A stretch of DNA of 64,000 nucleotides from Bacillus subtilis subsp. subtilis str. 168 (GTDB lineage: Bacteria > Bacillota > Bacilli > Bacillales > Bacillaceae). The DNA lies in the NCBI RefSeq assembly GCF_000009045.1, contig NC_000964.3:124001-188000 (forward strand), read 5' to 3'. The notes beneath the pieces were generated by a model. That model saw only the letters and a program-made list of their open reading frames with translations. It was not told the origin of the DNA and did no database searches. Position 1 is the stretch's first letter. The number at the start of each line of letters is the position of its first letter. Both the position numbers and the translations under genes were made by a program. Positions 57,355-64,000 of the stretch are shown piece after piece.

Positions 57355-58351
57355 TTTGCTCCCCTCCTTTTCGTTTAATTAAATAAAGGAAGAAAGGTAC
57401 GCCGATAATGGATGTTACGACCTCAATCGGTGTTTCAAACGGATAGTTGATAAATCTGCTTGCGAGATCACACAGGGTTAAAAAGATTCCGCCCAAAATA
57501 CAGGAACACGGAATCAGCCTGCTGTAATCAGAGCCGACGAGAAATCTCGTGATATGCGGAACAACCAACCCGACAAACGCAATTTTTCCGGCCAGCGCTA
57601 CGGCACTGCCGGTTAGAATGATGACGGAAAGCATCGCCATGATTTTAATGGTTTTTTTCTTTTGCCCCAGGCTTTTAGAAATGTCGTCCCCTAATGATAC
57701 AGCGGTTACCTTTTTGCTGAGAGAAATGGCCATTATAATGCCAATCAGGAAAAACGGAGCGGCAAGCTTCAGGAAATCTGGACTCATTTGATGAAGTCTG
57801 GCACTGTACCAGAAACTGAGATCCTGAGAAATTTGAAAATAAATCGACATGGCCGCTGATAAGCTGCTGAGCAGCATGCTTGTGACTGTGCCGATGATGG
57901 CGAGCTGCACGGGGGTAAATCCGTTTGGCATCATGGCGGCAAGGCCGAATACTAACACCGCTCCTAACGCTGAGCCGATAAAAGAGTATATCATCATTTC
58001 AATCGAAGATGATTGCGGGAGCAGAACCATGCAAAGCGTAATGATAAACGCTGAACCATCTGAAACACCCATAATGGATGGCGAAGCTAAATAATTGCGC
58101 GTAATGCCCTGCATAAGCGCTCCAGAAACAGCAAGGGCTGCCCCTATGAGCAGAGCGCCGGCAGCCCTTGGAATCCGGGAATGCCATATAATTTGATGGT
58201 CTGTGTTTCCCGGATCGAAATGAATAAGAGATGTAAAAACAATATCTGTGCTGAGATGCTTTGCCCCATAAAGGATTGAAAGCAAAAGTGACAGCGCTAT
58301 AGCAAATGGAGAAGTAATCAATATGATACGTGTCCACTGTTTTGAATACAT
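57347..58351 (-). CDS. feuB: Catecholate-siderophore ABC permease
   Basis: RIPR, RNYLASPSIMG, FVGLVVPH. Confidence 0.95.
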   Translation of the reverse strand: MYSKQWTRIILITSPFAIALSLLLSILYGAKHLSTDIVFTSLIHFDPGNTDHQIIWHSRIPRAAGALLIGAALAVSGALMQGITRNYLASPSIMGVSDGSAFIITLCMVLLPQSSSIEMMIYSFIGSALGAVLVFGLAAMMPNGFTPVQLAIIGTVTSMLLSSLSAAMSIYFQISQDLSFWYSARLHQMSPDFLKLAAPFFLIGIIMAISLSKKVTAVSLGDDISKSLGQKKKTIKIMAMLSVIILTGSAVALAGKIAFVGLVVPHITRFLVGSDYSRLIPCSCILGGIFLTLCDLASRFINYPFETPIEVVTSIIGVPFFLYLIKRKGGEQNG

Positions 58352-58369
58352 ACAAAAACCTACTCTGAA

Positions 58370-59323
58370 TTAGTTTTGTGTCAATTTTTCAGCAGCCGCT
58401 TTCAGGAAACGGACTTTGCTCCAAGCTGTGCCGCCTTGTGCGAGAGGGTCCACTGAGTTGACATACACATGGTCTTCTTTGACTGCTTTAAGGCTTTTCC
58501 AGATTGGATTTTTCTCTAAATCTTTTAAGGCATCAGGTTTGTCTGCATTTTCATCATCAGAAAATTGGACGAAAATATGGTCCGGGTTCATTTCACTTAA
58601 TTTTTCTAATGAACTCAGCTCTTGCGCTTTTGCAGCCTTTACTTCGTTCGGCGCCTTAAGGCCTAAATCACCGTATAGTGTGGAGTTGAAATACACCTGT
58701 TCAGGGTAAATGTAAATGTTGCCTTGTCTGATTCTGATGACAAGCGCTTTTGAATCTTTCGCTTTATCGTTGATTTTTGTTTTTATTTCTTTTAGATCCT
58801 GTTCATAGTCTGCAATAATTTTCTTTGCTTTTTTCTCTTTTCCAGTCAGCTGGGCAAGAAGCATCATGTTTTCCTTCCAGTTTGAAGAGATATGAGAAAC
58901 TGGGATCGTCGTGCCTGCTGTGCTGATTTTTTGCAGCGTTTTTTCCGGAAACTTTGTTGAAGCAAGGATAACATCTGGCTTCATTTCAAGAATCTTTTCA
59001 ATATTTGGCTCCATTTTTTCTCCGGTTGGTTCGGCTTTATCAGTGATGTCTTTGAACATATCAGGGAATTTGCCGGAGAATGAAATTGCGCCTTGCGGAT
59101 GAACGTCAAGCAATTTCGCGTCTTCCATTGATTCAACGCTTCCCGTAATGGCAATTTTGTCTGTCGGTACAGTTACTTCATATGTTTTATCAAGGTATTC
59201 AATTTTCTTCTTCTCAGATGCTGTGCCGCTTGCCTTGCTGGCAGTTGATTCATTTTTGCTGCCGCAAGCTGCCGCCGTCAGCGCGAGAAGTAAGATTAAT
59301 AAGGTAAGAGATATCTTTTTCAT
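58370..59323 (-). CDS. feuA: Ferri-bacillibactin/enterobactin-binding lipoprotein
   Basis: Lipobox LTAAAC; EPNIEKILEMKPDVI class III binding-protein motif. Confidence 0.95.
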   Translation of the reverse strand: MKKISLTLLILLLALTAAACGSKNESTASKASGTASEKKKIEYLDKTYEVTVPTDKIAITGSVESMEDAKLLDVHPQGAISFSGKFPDMFKDITDKAEPTGEKMEPNIEKILEMKPDVILASTKFPEKTLQKISTAGTTIPVSHISSNWKENMMLLAQLTGKEKKAKKIIADYEQDLKEIKTKINDKAKDSKALVIRIRQGNIYIYPEQVYFNSTLYGDLGLKAPNEVKAAKAQELSSLEKLSEMNPDHIFVQFSDDENADKPDALKDLEKNPIWKSLKAVKEDHVYVNSVDPLAQGGTAWSKVRFLKAAAEKLTQN

Positions 59324-59340
59324 CTATAGAGCCTCCTGTT

Positions 59341-59363
59341 CAATTGATAACTATTATCAATTG
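59341..59363. promoter_or_regulatory. Fur box at the feuA promoter
   Basis: TGATAAC-T-ATTATCA (7-1-7, 59345-59359) within inverted repeat CAATTGATAA/TTATCAATTG, just downstream of minus-strand -10 TATAAT (59366-59371). Confidence 0.92.
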
Positions 59364-59392
59364 GAATTATAGAGAATGAACAGATATAACAC

Positions 59393-59423
59393 CATGGACA
59401 AATTCCTGATTTATCATGGACAA
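59393..59423 (-). promoter_or_regulatory. Direct repeat, probable Btr binding site
   Basis: CATGGACAA at 59393-59401 and 59415-59423 (22-bp period), adjacent to a poor -35. Confidence 0.7.
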
Positions 59424-61003
59424 TCTCCGGATAGTAAAGAAACAGTTTGCTGAACGATGCGTTCGTGCCCGCAAGCTGAGTATTCATTCCACGGGTCAAG
59501 GGATAGAAGATAAACACGGTTATCTCGTACCGCGCTTAGGTTTTGCCATGCTTCTGTCTGCTGTAATTGCTGGTAGTAAGCTATGGTCTCCGGCTCTTTA
59601 AAAAGAAAAAGCATCATACAGTCAGCTTGGTAATTTGCGATATTTTCTAACGAAATCGCTTGTTCTGAAGGTGTGTCAGCCGTTGTTGCCGAGCTGAATC
59701 CTAAATCCCCAAAGAAAACTTCGCGGACACTTCGGTTATGAGCCAGATAGAAGTTTTGCTTATGCAGCCTCAAAAAGAGAAAACGCAGCCCTTGAACGTG
59801 CTGAAGTGTTTTTTTGGCGGCCGTTGTCTGCTGGTCATAATCCGCTAGCCACTTTTCTGCTTCGGACTCCTCCTTTAAAAATGAGGCAGTTTGCAGAAAG
59901 TGGGTTCTCCAGCTTTCTTCTGAAGGAAGGTACATGACTTCTGCGATGCGATTCAGGCGATCTTGTTCTTCTGGAGAAATAGAATCCATGCTGACAATCA
60001 CATCTGGTTCTGCCTGTGATAACGTGTACAGGTTTTCTTCCCACTTTTCATTAAACCGGTATGCACTGAGCTGGACGGGTATATCTGTCGAATAATGCTG
60101 ATAGTAGTAAGACGTCCATTTCGGATGCAGAGCGGCCGCAAAAGGTATGTGGTGAAGAGGGATGAGATGGCCCATTGTGCCCCTTCCGTATGCGGCGATT
60201 TTCTTTCGGCGTTTTTTCATATAGCTTGTAGGTGAACAGCCTGTATATTTTTTAAAGATTCTGCTGAAATAAAATTCATCTTGATAACCGGTTTGGTGTG
60301 CGATTTCTTTCAATTTGCAGTTTGATTTTGCCATGAGCCGTTTTGCCTTTGTGATTCGTGTTTTCGTAATAAATTCTGTTACGCTCTGTCCTGTCCATTT
60401 TTTAAAGCTTTCACTGTAGTGTTTGGCACTGATTCCTGCCATTTGCGACAGCTGGGCAAGCGTGATTTTTGTATCGGCATGGGTTTCGATATAGTGTTTT
60501 GTTTTTTCGATTGCTGAATGTGTATCCGTTTGATCAGATAAACTGGCAGTAAAAAGATCATAAATCAGGCTTTGTACTTCAATCACACATTTTAGCTGAG
60601 AAAGCTGAGACGATTCATTCCATAGTGCGGCAAGCTCTTGAAGCCGGACTGCAAGATTTTCGATATGTGAAACATTCATAAGCTTCAGTTTGGCTAATTC
60701 CGATTCTGTGCACGGTGTGAAAATATCTTGCCCGGTTTCCTTGATATAGCTTAGAAGCCTGATTATACAGGCATCTATATGTCCATCGGCTGCTGGCGTA
60801 AAGCCAAAGGTCTCGTTAGGCGGACAAACATAAAGTGTCTTTTTTTGCAGAGGATTGGTGTTTGTTCCGATCGAAATATAGCCGTTTCCTTTTAAATGAA
60901 AAATCAGCACGAATGAATCGGCTAATTGCTGTTCTGAGAAGAGATCACTTGTCTTTTTTAGATATTCAATTTGTACTGGTTGATAAATCACTGCATTTTG
61001 CAC
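59414..61003 (-). CDS. btr: AraC-family activator fused to a FeuA-like siderophore-binding domain (ybbB)
   Basis: GTG start; AraC HTH EIAHQTGYQDEFYFSRIFKKYTGCSP; C-terminal binding-protein fold (EPDVIV, LSAVRDNRVY). Confidence 0.93.
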   Translation of the reverse strand: MQNAVIYQPVQIEYLKKTSDLFSEQQLADSFVLIFHLKGNGYISIGTNTNPLQKKTLYVCPPNETFGFTPAADGHIDACIIRLLSYIKETGQDIFTPCTESELAKLKLMNVSHIENLAVRLQELAALWNESSQLSQLKCVIEVQSLIYDLFTASLSDQTDTHSAIEKTKHYIETHADTKITLAQLSQMAGISAKHYSESFKKWTGQSVTEFITKTRITKAKRLMAKSNCKLKEIAHQTGYQDEFYFSRIFKKYTGCSPTSYMKKRRKKIAAYGRGTMGHLIPLHHIPFAAALHPKWTSYYYQHYSTDIPVQLSAYRFNEKWEENLYTLSQAEPDVIVSMDSISPEEQDRLNRIAEVMYLPSEESWRTHFLQTASFLKEESEAEKWLADYDQQTTAAKKTLQHVQGLRFLFLRLHKQNFYLAHNRSVREVFFGDLGFSSATTADTPSEQAISLENIANYQADCMMLFLFKEPETIAYYQQLQQTEAWQNLSAVRDNRVYLLSLDPWNEYSACGHERIVQQTVSLLSGDCP

Positions 61004-61033
61004 GAGTAGACCACCTTTTCAGAAGCTTTCAAT

Positions 61034-61048
61034 TGATAATCATTTTCA
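61034..61048. promoter_or_regulatory. Fur box upstream of btr
   Basis: TGATAAT-C-ATTTTCA (one mismatch), downstream of minus-strand extended -10 TGgTACAAT (61055-61063). Confidence 0.85.
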
Positions 61049-61109
61049 ATAAAAATTGTACCAAATAAATGAAAGTTTTCCTATATAAAGCGGGTGGGTT
61101 TTTAGCATG

Positions 61110-61147
61110 AAAAAAACCCTTACTTATGTGTAAAAGTAAGGGTCTTT
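61110..61147 (-). terminator. Terminator of the nagZ-namZ transcript
   Basis: Minus strand ACCCTTACTT-8nt-AAGTAAGGGT followed by T6. Confidence 0.85.
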
Positions 61148-61193
61148 CGTTCAATAAGAATATGTTACACGTGTAACATACGATGCTTATGTT

Positions 61194-62438
61194 CTAATAA
61201 ATGAGATACTTTTTTCTTGTTTTGCTGAATTGTTGGAGTGTTTTTTCATAGCTGTTTATGATGTTCTCAACCGAAGTTCCATTTTCAATTTTTGTCCTGA
61301 TCCAGCCGTTGCCTGCCAGTTTATCGAATGAACCTGTTGACAGGAACTCAAAATCCTCAGGATAGAGATCGTGTATGGTTTTAATGACTGAAAGACCCGT
61401 TTTAACGGCTTCAAACTTATCTCTGTCTGTCACATAGAGCTGCACACCGTGGCAAAGCGTTCCTTGATGTTTAGAAAACGTCGGTGTGAAGGATGCTGCC
61501 CTAAATGTAACGCCCGGCAAATGGAGGCTGTTTAATGTTTCTTCAAGTTCTGTGCTTTTGATAAAGGGAGCTCCGATCAATTCGAATGGCTTTGTTGTCC
61601 CTCGCCCTTCGGATATATTTGTTCCTTCAATCAGCCCGGTTGCAGGATAAACAAATGTGCTTTCCACCGTCGGCATGTTAGGCGAAGGGAGGACGAAAGG
61701 CAATCGGGTATCGTCAAAATCCATTTTTCGTTTCCAGTGTTTCATTTTTACCACTGTAAGATCGGCATCAATACTAAATTCTTTGTTGAACAGTGAAGCC
61801 AATTCGCCTATCGTCATCCCATGCTTCAATGGAATGGGATACAATCCGACAAATGAGGCGTATTCAGGTTCTAAGATTGGTCCTTCAATATGATTCCCGC
61901 CTTGAGGATTCGGACGGTCCAGCACCATAAATGGAATGCCGTTTTCTTTAGCGGCTTCCATTGCGTATGCCATTGTATAAATGTACGTGTAGAAACGGGT
62001 CCCGACATCCTGAATGTCAAACATTAGAATATCGACATTTTTAAGCATTTCTGGAGTCGGTTTTTTCGTTTTTCCGTAGAGGCTGTATACGGGAACCCCG
62101 GTTTTTTCGTCAATGTAAGAGCCTACTTCGTCTCCAGCCTGGGCGTCACCGCGGACGCCGTGTTCAGGGCCGAATAAAGCTGTCAGTTTGATATCCGGGT
62201 TCTCGTAAAGGATATCGACACTGCTTTTTAGAGATGTGTTTACTCCGGCTGGATTGGTGATCAGTCCGATGCGTTTTCCCTTGAGCTGTTTTTTATAGTC
62301 TGGCAAGAGCGTGTCTATCCCAGTCTGGACTTTAGGTTTTTTAGCTGTTTGATTCTTTGAATCGGGTGAAGCAGAGGCAGCGGTTATCGTTCCGAACATC
62401 ATGAGCCCTGTCAGAAAAGCGAATATTGTTTTTCTCAT
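61194..62438 (-). CDS. namZ: Exo-beta-N-acetylmuramidase (DUF1343 family, ybbC), secreted
   Basis: Signal peptide; GLITNPAG, FGPEHG, FDIQDVGTRFYTY, LDRPNP, PSPNMP, EGRGT. Confidence 0.92.
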   Translation of the reverse strand: MRKTIFAFLTGLMMFGTITAASASPDSKNQTAKKPKVQTGIDTLLPDYKKQLKGKRIGLITNPAGVNTSLKSSVDILYENPDIKLTALFGPEHGVRGDAQAGDEVGSYIDEKTGVPVYSLYGKTKKPTPEMLKNVDILMFDIQDVGTRFYTYIYTMAYAMEAAKENGIPFMVLDRPNPQGGNHIEGPILEPEYASFVGLYPIPLKHGMTIGELASLFNKEFSIDADLTVVKMKHWKRKMDFDDTRLPFVLPSPNMPTVESTFVYPATGLIEGTNISEGRGTTKPFELIGAPFIKSTELEETLNSLHLPGVTFRAASFTPTFSKHQGTLCHGVQLYVTDRDKFEAVKTGLSVIKTIHDLYPEDFEFLSTGSFDKLAGNGWIRTKIENGTSVENIINSYEKTLQQFSKTRKKYLIY

Positions 62439-62451
62439 GTGTCCCTCCTTA

Positions 62452-64000
62452 TTAAAGCGGTCTTCCCGTTTTGATATTTAATCCGTAGCCAAGTGGGTAA
62501 AGGGTGTTCCCTGGTTTCGTGACTGACGGAATGTCAACTGGAAGTGTGCCTTTAGGTTTTGCCTGGCCGAATATCGCCATCACTCCGGCCGGAATATTAG
62601 GTTGAAGATAACGGCCATTTGCGTATCCTTTAAAGCCATAGACTGCAATCAGTGCTTTTGCTTCTTCGAAATTGGCTGCGTCATAGGGGTTGCGCAGGCT
62701 CATTAAGACAAATGGTTTGTTGTGCTGCAGTGCGGCTTTCATGACAGCTCTCGGAAACACGGTGGCCCATTTGCTTGAATCTGATATTGTGTCGTCGATG
62801 ACACCGTCGTTGACGACAGGGTCATTTTTGACGACATAGGAGCCGGTAATGATATAATCAGCCTCTTTTACTTGTTTTTCATGCTCGGTCTTAAATACTT
62901 GGCTGGCAAAGTTCATTTTGCTGAGGGATACGGGTTTGATTTTCTTTCGCTTGATGAGATCGTGAATGGTTTGTTCGATTGAAGCAGTTTGTTCTTCGTA
63001 AGGTGCCACAATTAAGATTCGGCTGCCTTTTTTAGGCTTGAACGGCAAAGTGTGCTGTTCATTTTTTAATACAGTTACTGCTTTTTCAGCTAATTTTTTC
63101 TCTGCTTTCAGGTGCTGCTTGCTTCCTACGATTTTTTTGGCTTTGGCTATTTTTTCTTTTGTACTGTCGCTGTTTCGCGCTGGATACATGCCGCGTTTTA
63201 TTTTCAGGGAAATGATTCTTTCAACTGAATTGTTGATTTGTTGTTCAGGAATATCCCCGTTTTTCACGGCTTCTTTCAAAGCTTGAATAACACGTGCGAA
63301 TTTCTGTTCTTCTTTCAATGAAGTGACTGAGGCTGGCATTAATGCAATATCGACACCAGCTTTTACGGCCATGACCACAGCCTCTTCCTGTCCGAAATGA
63401 TCTGCGATTGCCTTCATATTGAGCGCATCGGTAACGATGACCCCATTAAAGCCCATTTCCTGACGAAGAAGACCTGTCATCACTTTTTTTGAAAGTGTAG
63501 CTGGAACCAGAATGTCCGATCCATCGAGTTTGCTTTTGTAAGTGGTGTCATCAAAGGCGGGAAACTGAACATGGGCTGTCATCACCATATCAGCACCAGC
63601 ATCAATTGCTTTTTGAAAAGGATAAAGCTCGACCTCACGAAGCCGTTCTTGGCCATGGGAAACGAGCGGCAGTCCATAATGGCTGTCAACGTCCGTGTCT
63701 CCATGTCCCGGGAAATGTTTGAGGGCAGACGCGATATCCTGCCGCTGCAACCCTTTCATCGTATATAAACCGAGGCGTGATGTCAGTTCTCGATTGGAGC
63801 TGAATGACCGTACGCCGATTACAGGATTATCAGGATTATTGTTAATGTCCACGACAGGGCTGAAATCTGTATTGATGCCTAAGGCAGAGAGCTCTTTTCC
63901 GATGATGCTGCCGGTCTGATACGCATTGATTCTGCTTCTGGCTGCGCCCAGCGCCATATTCCCTGGGAAATTAGTGCCCTCCCCTAACCTCGTTACAATG
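62452..64000 (-). CDS. nagZ: GH3 beta-N-acetylglucosaminidase (ybbD), 5' end outside window
   Basis: Frame open to the window edge ([15 protein letters not shown]); [14 protein letters not shown] dyad motif; nucleophile VTDALNM. Confidence 0.96.

Noticed and set aside
61161-61180. Palindrome as a TnrA/GlnR box
   Set aside because: The spacer is 6 nt, not the required 7.

Overview
Core chromosomal region of Bacillus subtilis (168-like; identification is from my recognition of gene order and proteins, not from a search). In order: 3' end of rpoB, rpoC, the str operon (ybxF-rpsL-rpsG-fusA-tufA), ybaC, the fused S10-spc-alpha cluster (rpsJ...secY-adk-map-infA-rpmJ-rpsM-rpsK-rpoA-rplQ), ecfA1-ecfA2-ecfT-truA, rplM-rpsI, a sporulation/germination block (ybaJ, ybaK-cwlD, salA, gerD, kbaA, pdaB), three tandem rRNA operons with a six-tRNA cluster (rrnI-trnI-rrnH-rrnG), ybaR-ybaS, the Fur/Btr-controlled feuABC-ybbA siderophore uptake locus, and the peptidoglycan-recycling genes namZ (ybbC) and nagZ (runs off the window). 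I see no CRISPR array, IS element, prophage or large unexplained gene cluster, and no evidence of a new multi-gene system. The best unexplained signals are small: a frameshifted MFS-transporter relic after rrnG, a promoter plus 18-bp G-U-rich hairpin in the rpsK-rpoA spacer, a terminator-like hairpin between ybxF and rpsL, a split KOW-type gene between map and infA, a perfect 20-bp palindrome upstream of btr, and rRNA copy differences that look like sequencing errors.
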